DNA of 64,000 nucleotides from Plasmodiophora brassicae (Eukaryota): NCBI GenBank assembly GCA_036867785.1, contig CP145413.1, positions 806,001 to 870,000 of the forward strand, read 5' to 3'. Shown piece by piece: positions 12,175 to 24,825 of this stretch (position 1 is its first letter; each line of letters starts with the position of its first letter). The notes under the pieces were generated by a model. It saw only the letters and a program-made list of their open reading frames with translations, ran no database searches and was not told where the DNA came from. The position numbers and the translations under genes were made by a program.

Positions 12175-12710
12175 TCCCAATATACTCATCGCATTCTCAC
12201 AGATCGCATCATCGGATCACTACAGCAGGGCACAACAGCAATGGCTGTTTATTGCCTGTACCCCCATTAACGGTACACCTACGTGTCCAGTGCCGGATAG
12301 CAACGCACAGATATTTGAGACAGGAAGAGGCGGGGGCGTTAGGCGTCGGCCGGTATCGCCGTCCGTCAACTTGGCACATGTGGGTGCCTCCAGCTCTAGG
12401 CTCCAGGTCACACAGCGGATCCTTGCGTTTCATCAGTCGCTTAACAACGATGGCGGGGAAACGCAAAGCAGTGACCTGACATGCGCTGGTTGCCCAATGC
12501 ATGTAATAACCCGAAGATGAACACGTCGTCAGGCCCCGTGGAGTCATGCAATTCCATGAGAGCGACTGATGTCGAAGGCAACTCCGGTCGCAACCTGTTC
12601 GAACGGTGTTGCTGGAGGTTTGAGGCGGTTGTGGCCCGTGGCCCGTGCGCACGACGGCAAGTCCGTCGCGGAGACCGTGGTAGTCAGGCGTTGACCAACC
12701 AGATATCATC

Positions 12711-14535
12711 ATGGCAGCCGGCGAGTTCCTCATTGACGGCGTTCAAGTCAGCAAGACGTAACCACGTCGTCGTCGATCCGGCTCACCTCGATGCTGACTG
12801 TGTCGTTGCCTCGTACAGGGAATGGAAGCGTCACCAGAAGCGATTGCAGCAGCAGGCCGCCAAGGAAGCGCGTGCTGCGCAAGCACCGCCGCAGCCTGCC
12901 AAGGCCGCTGCCGCCAAACCGGAGGAGGATCCTGTTGACCCTCGCGCGTACTTTGAGAACAGGACGAATGCGATAGCGGCGCTCGAGGCCGATGGCGTCA
13001 ATCCGTATCCGCACAAGTTCCCTGTGTCGACCTCGGTTCCGCATGCGGTCAGCGCGTTCCAGCACCTGGCAGCCGGTGAACGCGACTCGCGCGAAGATAC
13101 GCACATCGCCGGCCGTATTCTGGGCAAGCGTTCCAGCGGCAACAAGCTGTTCTTCTACGACCTCACTGCCGATGGCGCTTCTATTCAAATCATTGCAAAC
13201 AGGGCGGCTGCCTCCGACTCAGCCGAGTTCGACCGCGTCAACGGCATCCTTCGTCGCGGCGATCTCGTCGGTGTCGTCGGTCCGATTGGACGGGCCAACA
13301 AGGGCGAGCTGTCCATATTTGCATCGCGGATCATCCTTCTGGCGCCTTGCCTGCGCATGCTGCCGTCGAAGCACTTTGGCCTGAAGAACCAGGAGATGCG
13401 GTACCGGCAGCGTTACCTGGACCTAATCCTCAACGGGCGCACGCGTGAGGTGTTCCAGGTGCGTGCCCGGATCATTGCCTTCCTGAGGAGGTTCCTGGAC
13501 GCAAGAGGGTTCCTCGAGGTATGGGATTGTTTGCATCCGATATCTGGTTGCCCGTTCTGACAGGGTCGCCCAAAGGTGGAGACGCCAATGATGAACATGA
13601 TTGCTGGCGGAGCCAGCGCCCGTCCGTTCGTCACGCACCACAACGACCTGGACATGGACCTGTACATGCGTATCGCGCCCGAATTGTATTTGAAGCAGTT
13701 GGTTATTGGCGGGCTGGATCGTGTCTACGAGATTGGCCGTCAGTTCCGTAACGAAGGCATCGACCTGACACACAACCCGGAGTTCACGTCGATCGAGTTC
13801 TACTGGGCCTACGCCGACTACAACGACCTGATCGAGATCACCGAGAAGCTCGTGTCACAGATGGTCCTGGAGTTGCACGGGTCGTACCAGGTCGAATACC
13901 ATCCCGATGGCCCATCTGGCTCTGCTGTCACCATTGACTTTACGCCTCCGTTCAAGCGCATCAGTCTGGTGGATGGGATCGAGCAGGCCGGTGGGTTCAA
14001 GATTCCCAGGCCGCTGGCAAGCGACGAGACGAACGCGTTCCTGGTTGCCAAGGTCGAGGAACTCGGCCTGCTCTGCCCGCCTCCGCTGACAACGGCCCGT
14101 CTGCTGGACAAGCTCGTCGGCCACTTCATCGAGGATGGCATTACGAGCCCGGCGTTCATCGTCGACTATCCGGAACTTATGTCTCCGCTGGCCAAGTACC
14201 ATCGCGTGCATCGCGACCTGACGGAACGCTTCGAGCTGTTCGTCTGCGGCCGGGAGCTCTGCAACGCCTACACCGAGTTGAACAACCCGCGGGTGCAGCG
14301 CGAACGATTCGCCGCGCAGAGCGCCGATATCGAGAAGGGTGATGATGAAGCGCAGGTCCTCGACGAGCCGTTCTGTGTCGCGATGGAGTACGGTCTGCCG
14401 CCGACCGCCGGATGGGGCCTCGGTATCGATCGACTGACCATGTTCATGACCGACATGAACAACATCAAGGAAGTGCTACTGTTCCCCGCCATGAAGCCCG
14501 AGGTCGGCACGACCAGCACCGCCGACCAGCAGTGA
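12711..14535 (+). CDS. KARS1: Lysyl-tRNA synthetase, class II, cytosolic type
   Basis: [59 protein letters not shown]. Introns 12758-12818 and 13519-13575. Confidence 0.97.
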
Positions 14536-14613
14536 TCGTCCCGCTACATACAAATGTCCAGCATTGTCAGCCGACTCCAGCACCACGATCTATGTAGGCA
14601 GCGCTCCGAGTCA

Positions 14614-15545
<932 letters not shown>

Positions 15546-15633
15546 TTGCACACGTTTTCCTCACAGCAGGGCGCAGCCGAAGGGGGGCGACCAAAACCGC
15601 CACCAAAAAAATACAACCCCATGAGGCCATGAC

Positions 15634-16120
15634 TATGGAATTGTTGTAATAAAGGGGTGTTTTTTACAAGCCTGTTTTTTACATGTAAAATACACCTCTC
15701 GGGAACCAACTTTACACTGTAAAATACAGGTAACGTAACGGTTTCCCGATCCGCGGATACACCTCCGCCGTCCAGGAGCCATTCGCGTGCGCGTCGTCGT
15801 CGTCGTCTTGTCTCATGTCGTTGTGGTTGATTGTTCGTAAATAGCCTGCTGGCCGCGATAGGACCGAAGCGACTGGGGTTCGCAGGGTTCGTTGGCATTT
15901 CGAGGCAGGCACACTTCCCGAGGCGATTTCGGACACACATTTGTACCCCGTTGGTGACGAAGAGGTCATCGAATCTGGTCAGGTTGTCAGGACCGTGACC
16001 ATGGTATGAAGGCGTACTGCGAGGGGGCGCAGCCCCCTGCTGTTTTAAACATGTTTTTTACGTGTAAAATACATGTATTTTACACTCAACCAGCCATTCT
16101 CTGTTTTTAACAATTCCATA
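15634..16120. mobile_element. Non-autonomous TIR DNA transposon, copy 2 (different interior)
   Basis: Same TIR as 10337-10980; perfect 8-bp TSD GCCATGAC (15626-15633 and 16121-16128). Confidence 0.9.
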
Positions 16121-16357
16121 GCCATGACGAAGGAAGCCGCTTGCCGGGCACATGCATGAGATCCGTATCGGTACTTTAACCGGTACCGTTGGACAACGTG
16201 GGACAAGGGAGGGGGGCGGACCCACGGCCTTTGCAACGGCCGAGGGGGGGGGGGGGGGGGCCGGGGGGGCCGGGCTGGTGGTGCAGGCCCAGTCCTGTAT
16301 TTGTCCTGTGTACACCTGTGTGCAGACGGCGGCGGCATCGGTGTGTGAATAGCGACC

Positions 16358-19222
16358 ATGCCGACGAAGGCGACCATGCCGACGAAGGCCCAGCTGGTGG
16401 CACTCTGCCGTGTCCGGGGCATCCCGGTCAAGGGCAAGACGAAGGAGCTCCTGGAGCTGGGCCTTGCCGCGTACGTGGACGGCCGCCTCGGGGAACCCGG
16501 CGGTCGCGTTGCCGTCCTGGCGGCCCCGGACGTGTCGACGGTCGTCGCCACCGGCACGCTGGCAGGCACGTCCTCGGACCCGCCTGCGCTGGCGCCTGTA
16601 CCCCAGGTTGCCGCCGGCGTCGACGCCCGGTTCGTTGACGACGACGACGACGACGCTGGTGCTGGCGGAAGCGACGACGTCAGGGGCCCCCGGGACCGCG
16701 ACCTGTCCCGATACCGCGTCGTCGTAATTACCGGCGGCAGCGGCCCAGCCGGCGCCGACGCCGAACGTATACCGCCAGAAGCCTCGTCGTCGAGCAGCGC
16801 CTGTGCACTACGAGATGGGCGCCGTCGCGTCATCGTCGTTCATGTCCTGCGGCTTCGCGCAGCGGATCAGCACGGTGATCGTCAAGCGCTGGCCGCGTCG
16901 GCACCCCTGGCGCCGATTGACAGGATCCTGGCCGACCGTCCCCATGGCGCCAGCAAGCACCGCTCCCAGCAGTCCGCGCTGAAGCACTTCGGGCGGTTCC
17001 TGCAGCAGGGGCGGGCGGCGACGTGCGTGCGCGCCACGTCATGGGCCGACCTGACGCCTGGTGACGTCAGCCAGGACCTGCTGGAGCGCTTCGCCTCGTT
17101 CCTGCAACGTCACTCGCCGACGGTGCAGAAGCACTCCACGGCGACGAACTACCTGTCCCAGGTCCATGACGCGCTGGCGGATAGGTTCAAGGCGGGCAAC
17201 CCGTCGCTGGACCTGCTGGACGCGTCCTGGTACCGCAAGGTGCGCTGGCAAATGCAAAAGCATTACCGCCAGCGCAGCCAGACGGACGGCACCGCCATGG
17301 TGGACCGCGCACCAGCGCTCCACAAGGAGGGCGTATCGGTCCTGTGCGAATGCCTGTTCGGGACGGTCGCGTCGTCGCCGAAGGATGTCTCGCGATTGGC
17401 CCACGATCGGTACGATGTCGCTTCCGTCATCGCCTACCTAGGTCGTATCTGACTCGTCGGCGTCGCACCGGCAGTGTCCTGTTCACGGTCCTGTGGAACA
17501 TCCTCGGGCGGGCCAGCGAGGCGACCTTCCTCGAGAAGCAGGACCTGCGGTTCGAGCCGCACCCGGGCTGCATAACGATCGACGTAAGCCGCAGCAAGGT
17601 CCAAAGCGAAGCGCCGCTGCGGGTCTTCTGCGAACGACGCTCGTTCTGCGCCGACGTCTTCCATGCGCTCGGGTCGCAGGCGGCGCTGGTGCCCGATCAC
17701 GGCGCGGTACGTGCGTGGCCCGCGTGCACGCGTCGTCCGAAGGCTCAACTGGCGCCACTGAGCCGCTGCTGTTTGCTCTAGACCCTGTTCCCGCTGATCA
17801 CGGGACAATCGGCGCGGAACGCGTCAGCCTACGTGAACAAGGCGCTGTCCGCGCTGCTGGCAGGCAACGACCGCCTGACGACGGTCTCGCCTAGCCAGGG
17901 CGACCTGGGCCGTCACATCTCATCGAGTGTGTCGGCGCACTCGTTCCGTCGGGGCGCTGCGACCCACCTCGCCGGTGCGCTGGGCATGTCCCTGCAGACC
18001 ATCGCCTGGCGCGGCGGATGGAATCTGGAGGGCTCGTGTACGGCCCTCGAGTACATCGTCGGCGGCGGTGAAGGCGACATACGCGCCGGTCGGGTTCTGT
18101 CGGGGTGGCCAGGTGGCAGCGGTGGTGGCAAGCCAATGTCGTTCTCATTCGCGGCCGGGGACGCAGAGACAATGGCGGCCATCGATCGATTCGTCAAGCT
18201 CTTGTTCGGCGGGAACTGGGACCTGTGGAACGGCACGTCTCCGGGCCTGCTGACCGTGTGTGCGGCCAGTATCCTGTTGTACCTGTCGGCGACTCCATCG
18301 ACGATCCGGTCCATCGTACGTATGCTGTGCCAATGCCGTTGCGTTGTCTTGCACAGGCAATTACTGACGTCTCTCGTCGTGCCGCTCAGCCCTGCATCGC
18401 AAAGTCGTCCGATGCTGCGACGCGCTGCAGATGCCCAGGGAGCGACTGCTCGAGTGGGCGGCCCTGATCAGGGGCAAGTTCCTGCAGGACAACCGGGGTG
18501 GCGCCGTCGCGGGCGCTGACCTCCCGGCGATAGACGGCGGCTTCAGTCGGCTCGTTGCCAGGGTCGAAGATGCTATCGACAAGTTGAACGAGGTGGACCG
18601 CCGCATAACGTCGATGCGGGGCGGTGGTCGTGCCAGCCCGTCGTCATCGGTGGTGGCACCTGATCGGCCCCGTGACGACGACGAGCCGCAAGTGGGCCCC
18701 CGAGCTGGGCCAGTACTCGTCGACGTCGACCGAGGCGCTCCTCATCGTGCGGGCCGGGCGGAGGTGCCGCAGGACGATCCGTGCCTGAAGAGCATGTCGA
18801 TTCGAACGGCGTTCTACGAATGGCACGTCGCCGACCCGCCGCACCTGCCGTTAAAGCAGCACACCTTCCGCGACCGGCGCACGCGCAGCATCCTCGACCG
18901 GCTGGTCAGGCAGTATTGCCCGAAGTTCCTCGAGGACGGCAAGTGCCAGTTCTCGAGGATACCGGACGAGACGATGCACGCGTACGCCGGTAGAATGAAG
19001 CGCGTCGGAAAGACCGTCGAGGAGCGCGTTGTGCTGTTCCTGGATCGGTACTACGCGCCGACCAAGAGGGCCATGGAGGCCCAGGCGGATCCGGCGCGGA
19101 AGAGGAAGAGGCCCCGGACGACGTCGGCGCTTGTGACAACGTCCACCAACAAGTTGTCCGAGTCGGCGGCGTTGATGACGAAGGAGGAGGTATTCGCTGT
19201 ACTGAATAAGTACACCTGCTAA
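16358..19222 (+). CDS. Crypton-like tyrosine recombinase with N-terminal SAP-like domain
   Basis: Introns 17410-17474, 17707-17781 and 18320-18389 join one uninterrupted frame. Catalytic set R (ILGRASE), K (RSKV), HxxR (AHSFRRG), W (RGGW), Y (LEYI). N-terminal TKAQLVALCRVRGIPVKGKTKELL. Confidence 0.85.
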
Positions 19223-19265
19223 TATTCGCTGTATATTCGCTGTACTGAATAAGTACACCTGCTAA
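19191..19265 (+). repeat. Short tandem duplication spanning the recombinase stop codon
   Basis: TATTCGCTGTACTGAATAAGTACACCTGCTAA occurs twice with an 11-bp partial copy between. Confidence 0.85.
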
Positions 19266-19359
19266 TCCACAAACTGCCGCCGACCTCTGCTGGGCGTGTG
19301 GGACCCGTCGTCCCCACAGGATCCCTATTTTTACGGTCTCGTCAGGACGCTCGCAGATC

Positions 19360-21234
19360 ATGAAGCGCGGTCGCTCTCCGCCGCCACCTCAGGCGTCTTC
19401 TGCTTGCGACGACAAGGCCAACCCGGACAGCGGCGCGGGCTCGATGCATCCGGAGTTCTCTGACGTCATGACGATGATCGGTGAGGATTTCGCTGCGGCC
19501 ATGACGGAGCGTGGCATCGCGTCGTTCCGCCCGGGCCAGCAAGACGCCATATCCTCTGTTGTCCAGGAGCGCTCTACCCTTTTCGTAAGCCCGACAGGAT
19601 CGGGGAAATCGTTGGTTTTCCTGGCAGCGGCATTCCAAATGCAGGGAACCTGCATTGTCGTATCCCCATTGAACAGCCTCATCAAAGACCAGGTCAACCA
19701 GTACCAGCCCCTTCTGAATAATGGAGCCCTCGATTTTATGAACGGTATGGTCGTGCAGGGCCGTGGCATGCACTGCTCTGTCTAAGCTTTGGTGGCGCTC
19801 AGGTGATCGGCTTCCTGCAGACCGTTGCGAAGTCGTTTCACGCATCGGCCGTGATTTGAAGGTGCTCCTGACGAGTCCGGAAATGTTCCTTCGGTACATT
19901 TGTCGGGGCGTACTCGGCTATCGGGATGCTCATAAACGGCACGCGGTTTCCTTCGTAACGTTCGACGAGGCGGACACGGCCCTCTCCTGGGGCGAACGAT
20001 TTCGCCATGACTACCGGCAAGCTGTTGCGAACGCGCGCAGGTCGGGTCGCCCGATTTTAGCGATCACGGCGACGTTACCTCAGTCCAAAGCGAAGCACCT
20101 ACTGACGAGCATGGCAATTTCACCGGCAAACGTCATCGTGGTGCCTGGCCAACGGGCCAACCTAAATTATCGGTTTGTATCGGCGACGACCACGGCTGAA
20201 GCTGACGCTTTGGTCCTGTCTGAGCTGCAGAACCACCGCGACGGCTCGCGTCGGCCGGCCATCGTCTACGCCCAGAGGAAGAACGATGTGGATATGTTGT
20301 TCGATCTTCTCTCGAGGACGCTACGCGGTAAAGTCTTCAAGTACCATTCCGGTAATTAAATGTTCTGCAGACCGTGGCCGAAACCATCTAAGTCGGTTTC
20401 TCCGCTTCAGGTATGCTCGAGAGCGCTCGTGAGCAAGCCCACAATGGCTGGGAACGTTCCGCTGATGGTATAATGGTCGCCACGATCGCTTTCGGGCTTG
20501 GGATCAACCGGATGAACGTTGGACTCGTGGTCGAGTATGGCGTCCCGTCCAGCCCGTCCGATTACGTCCAGCAGGCGGGAAGGGCAGCGCGTGCTCCGAA
20601 GTCGACTGGTACCTGCTCGACAATCATGTGCACCGCCTTGCACGAACGCCAGCTGAACGTCGTGGGCGTCTGCAATCTCACCTGTGAGAAGGTCACGCAA
20701 GAGTGCCGGGCGATTGTTGCAAAGGGCGTCGCCGTTCCCGCAGGAACCGAAACCTTTGTCGCCCTGTCCCCGAAGGGCTTGACCTTGTCAGTTTTGACCT
20801 GGTTAGATTCTGTAGACGTCGTTGCCCTGAACGGTAGCGCCTTTGCTGGGATGCGCCTCGACCGTGACGCCATCACGGCCGTTGCTGCAACCAACCCTCG
20901 CGCCTGGGCGGTTTTCAAAGGGAGGCGCGTCAGCGGCGTTTTCAAGGCGAAGACCATTCACGAATGCGACCTCATTCAGTACTGCTATGATCAGGACCGA
21001 TTCCGCCCAACATCGTCGCGATTTACTAACCGATCCGAGAAGTTTATCCTGATCGATCGACAAGCGGACCCGGACGCTCTAGCGGAAGCTTTCATGCGGT
21101 ATGAGAAAGGTCGGCTGGAGGACGAACGTGCTCAGTACTTGGAGATGTGGCGACTGACCGGCATCGGAATGAGGAGAGGCGCAGCGGAATTGACTCGGGG
21201 TCTGGAGAAGCACTTCGGGTTGACGTCGATTTAG
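19360..21234 (+). CDS. RecQ-like SF2 DNA helicase
   Basis: FRPGQQDAI (motif 0), SPTGSGKS (I), VVSPLNSLIKDQV (Ia), FDEAD..SWGERFR (II plus aromatic loop), TAT (III), YHSGM, VATIAFGLGIN (V), YVQQAGRAAR (VI). Introns 19745-19802 and 20352-20410. Confidence 0.9.
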
Positions 21235-21309
21235 TAAAACTGCAACTGCTGCTAAATCGGGCCCAGGCTGGCTAAAGGGTAAGACGTTGTCGGGAACGTT
21301 ATGTCGTCA

Positions 21310-21750
21310 TGTACACCGTTTGGAGAGGGCCCAACCTGTTAAGAAATGGGCGTTATATCGTGTACACCGTTTGGAGCGGCGCCTGCGGCGGGCCCTTTGG
21401 TCGGGCTCCCGAGCCGGTCGCCCTCGGTTTCGTCGCAGACGAATGTCTCCTCATCGTCGACTGGTACGCCGCGCGCCCGAAAGGCCCAACCTGTTAAGAA
21501 ATAGGCGTTATCGTGTACACCGTTTGGAGCGGCGCCTGCGGCGGGCCCTTTGGTCGGGCTCCCGAGCCGGTCGCCCTCGGTTTCGTCGCAGACGAATGCC
21601 TTCCTCATCGTCGACTGGTAGGCCGCGCGCGCGGGTCCTAAGAGGGCCCAACCTGTTAAGGAATGGGCGTTATATCGTGTACACCGTTTGGAGCGGCGCC
21701 TGCGGCGGGCCCCTTTTGGTCGGGCTCCCCCGCCGGTCGCCCTCGTTGTC
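21310..21750 (+). repeat. Tandem repeat of about 155-162 bp (about 2.5 units); repeated at about 22916-23356
   Basis: Units begin GGCCCAACCTGTTAAG at about 21328, 21483 and 21645; TGTACACCGTTTGGAG recurs four times. Confidence 0.88.
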
Positions 21751-21861
21751 GCCGGGGGGCCGACACCCGATGCAGCGTCCCCCTGAGCAGGGCAGCAGAC
21801 GGCGTTTTGGGCGGCGCCCTTGTCCAACGGTTTCCGGCGCCCACTGTCCAAAACGTCCAAA

Positions 21862-21900
21862 GTTACCGTGACATACGTATATCTGTATGTCACCGGTAAC
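21862..21900. other. Candidate tyrosine-recombinase core site (inverted arms with 8-bp asymmetric spacer)
   Basis: GTTACCGTGACATAC-GTATATCT-GTATGTCACCGGTAAC; copies at 22406-22444 (inverted) and 23471-23509. The palindrome is certain; its function is inferred. Confidence 0.45.
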
Positions 21901-23821
21901 CGCCGGTGCGATCCGTCATATCGTGCGGTAACTTTGGACAACGGCGCCTGGGGTATCTTTGGACAACGGGCGGCGGGGTGCGCCCACAAACAGGCGCAAC
22001 AAACTGCGTGGCCGACAATGCCGTCATACAGATAGCGGTCCCGGGGGTCCCGTTGTCCAAAGCTTTGTCCACAAGTAGGTACCATGAGAAATGGGTGGCC
22101 CGTCGCAAACAACAGTAAACCATCGGGGAAGCACTCCGCCCTATATCGCATCTGCGCGTGTTCCTAGACATTTGCAGCCTCCTACAGGATTTCGTCGTTC
22201 GAAAATTGTTCCATATGGGCGTGTGCTCCCGTATACATAGATGAATACATACCTACTTGTGGACAAAGCTTTGGACAACGGGACCCCCGGGACCGCTATC
22301 TGTATGACGGCATTGTCGGCCACGCAGTTTGTTGCGCCTGTTTGTGGGCGCACCCCGCCGCCCGTTGTCCAAAGTTACCGCACGATATGACGGATCGCAC
22401 CGGCGGTTACCGGTGACATACAGATATACGTATGTCACGGTAACTTTGGACGTTTTGGACAGTGGGCGCCGGAAACCGTTGGACAAGGGCGCCGCCCAAA
22501 ACGCCGTCTGCTGCCCTGCTCAGGGGGACGCTGCATCGGGTGTCGGCCCCCCGGCGACAACGAGGGCGACCGGCGGGGGAGCCCGACCAAAAGGGGCCCG
22601 CCGCAGGCGCCGCTCCAAACGGTGTACACGATATAACGCCCATTCCTTAACAGGTTGGGCCCTCTTAGGACCCGCGCGCGCGGCCTACCAGTCGACGATG
22701 AGGAAGGCATTCGTCTGCGACGAAACCGAGGGCGACCGGCTCGGGAGCCCGACCAAAGGGCCACCGGCATCGGAATGAGGAGAGGCGCAGCGGAATTGAC
22801 TCGGGGTCTGGAGAAGCACTTCGGGTTGACGTCGATTTAGTAAAACTGCAACTGCTGCTAAATCGGGCCCAGGCTGGCTAAAGGGTAAGACGTTGTCGGG
22901 AACGTTATGTCGTCATGTACACCGTTTGGAGAGGGCCCAACCTGTTAAGAAATGGGCGTTATATCGTGTACACCGTTTGGAGCGGCGCCTGCGGCGGGCC
23001 CTTTGGTCGGGCTCCCGAGCCGGTCGCCCTCGGTTTCGTCGCAGACGAATGTCTCCTCATCGTCGACTGGTACGCCGCGCGCCCGAAAGGCCCAACCTGT
23101 TAAGAAATAGGCGTTATCGTGTACACCGTTTGGAGCGGCGCCTGCGGCGGGCCCTTTGGTCGGGCTCCCGAGCCGGTCGCCCTCGGTTTCGTCGCAGACG
23201 AATGCCTTCCTCATCGTCGACTGGTAGGCCGCGCGCGCGGGTCCTAAGAGGGCCCAACCTGTTAAGGAATGGGCGTTATATCGTGTACACCGTTTGGAGC
23301 GGCGCCTGCGGCGGGCCCCTTTTGGTCGGGCTCCCCCGCCGGTCGCCCTCGTTGTCGCCGGGGGGCCGACACCCGATGCAGCGTCCCCCTGATCAGCAGG
23401 GCAGCAGACGGCGTTTTGGGCGGCGCCCTTGTCCAACGGTTTCCGGCGCCCACTGTCCAAAACGTCCAAAGTTACCGTGACATACGTATATCTGTATGTC
23501 ACCGGTAACCGCCGGTGCGATCCGTCATATCGTGCGGTAACTTTGGACAACGGCGCCTGGGGTATCTTTGGACAACGGGCGGCGGGGTGCGCCCACAAAC
23601 AGGCGCAACAAACTGCGTGGCCGACAATGCCGTCATACAGATAGCGGTCCCGGGGGTCCCGTTGTCCAAAGCTTTGTCCACAAGTAGGTATGTATTCATC
23701 TATGTATACGGGAGCACACGCCCATATGGAACAATTTTCGAACGACGAAATCCTGTAGGAGGCTGCAAATGTCTAGGAACACGCGCAGATGCGATATAGG
23801 GCGGAGTGCTTCCCCGATGGT

Positions 23822-24630
23822 TTACTGTTGTTTGCGACGGGCCACCCATTTCTCATGGTATTCGACGACTTCGGGCGGGACGGGCTGGTCTTCGAGGCGC
23901 ATGGGCTGATCCTCGGTCTGCTCCGACTCCGCCGGCAGCAGGCCTTCGAACTTGTCGGCGAACGGGTTGTCGCTGCCGACCACGAGTCGAAGCATGCGCA
24001 TGCGGGATTCACGTAGCCGAGTTGGCGGCAGCATGCCCCAGATCGCTTTACGCCTGCACGACAGTCCATAATCCACCGAACGCGACTGACGGAGTATCGG
24101 TTCGGTTCCTACAGAATGCGGTCGGGATGGCGATCACGCATACGCTTGGCAGGAATCTCCACCAGGCCGCCCGGGTGTCCCGTGTGGTGGCGGTACAGCT
24201 TCTGGTCCCATTTCTTTCCCGAGAACACGACCTTTTCCGCGTTCAGCACGACGCAGTAGTCGGCATAGTTCTACGATGTCCAAGGGTGAATTCAGCAACG
24301 GGTCGCCGTTGGCGGACCCCAGCGAGCGATTGCACGTACAGAACGCGGGTCCCATGTAGGCTTGTGCTTCCTAATGGTACGCATACGGAATGTTACACGG
24401 GATGAACATGCCAACGAGCACCAAACGACATACCCCATGAGGAGACGAGCGATCCGGGTGGCCAAACGACCTACGACCTGCGGCAGCAGTTGCGTCACAA
24501 CATGAGAGCAAGATACGTCCGGCACGAGTGGTACCTGTCCAGTCGCGTCAAACAGGTGCCAGGCACGCGGGACGGTGTCGACGACATTCTTGCGCAGGCG
24601 CAAGGGCTTGGATCCGATAGAGAAGCCCAT
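23822..24630 (-). CDS. MRPL13: Mitochondrial (bacterial-type) ribosomal protein uL13
   Basis: [34 protein letters not shown]...WGMLPPTRLRESRMRML; several short introns. Confidence 0.9.
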
Positions 24631-24825
24631 GGCGGGTACCCCACGTCGTCACCGGAGCCGCCGGACTGAAAATGCGACGGACCCCGCCGCATATGTGCCT
24701 GTAGGTAGGCAGGTAGATAGCGAATTGCTGACTGCACGGCAGTCGATCGCGGCATTGCCCTTGACAGCTGGCCACTGGCGTGCGCTGGCAGCGCCGGACA
24801 CGCCGTCGAGGTCTTGCCCGGCGCC

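Larger units (their letters stand above)
16140..23690 (+). mobile_element. Candidate Crypton-like element carrying a tyrosine recombinase and a RecQ-like helicase (boundaries approximate)
   Basis: Two co-oriented intact genes between the housekeeping genes NDUFV2 and MRPL13. Motif CGGTAmCkTTGGACAACG occurs at both flanks (16181-16198, 21926-21943). Repeat-rich right flank. Confidence 0.6.
21157..23860. repeat. Direct-inverted-direct segmental triplication
   Basis: 21157-22081 matches 22763-23690 (3-nt insertion in the latter). 22080-22762 is the reverse complement of 23150-23860 minus a 25-bp deletion and that 3-nt insertion. Confidence 0.92.

Noticed and set aside
15634-16120. TIR element as the terminus of the recombinase element
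   Set aside because: It has its own perfect TSD and an independent copy at 10337-10980, so it is a separate insertion.
21310-23360. Possible CRISPR-like array
   Set aside because: Sequences between the short motifs are themselves repeated rather than unique spacers; eukaryotic context with no cas genes.
21287-23799. Arg-rich ORFs across the triplicated region
   Set aside because: Translations of GC-rich non-coding repeats in several frames, with no protein-like pattern.
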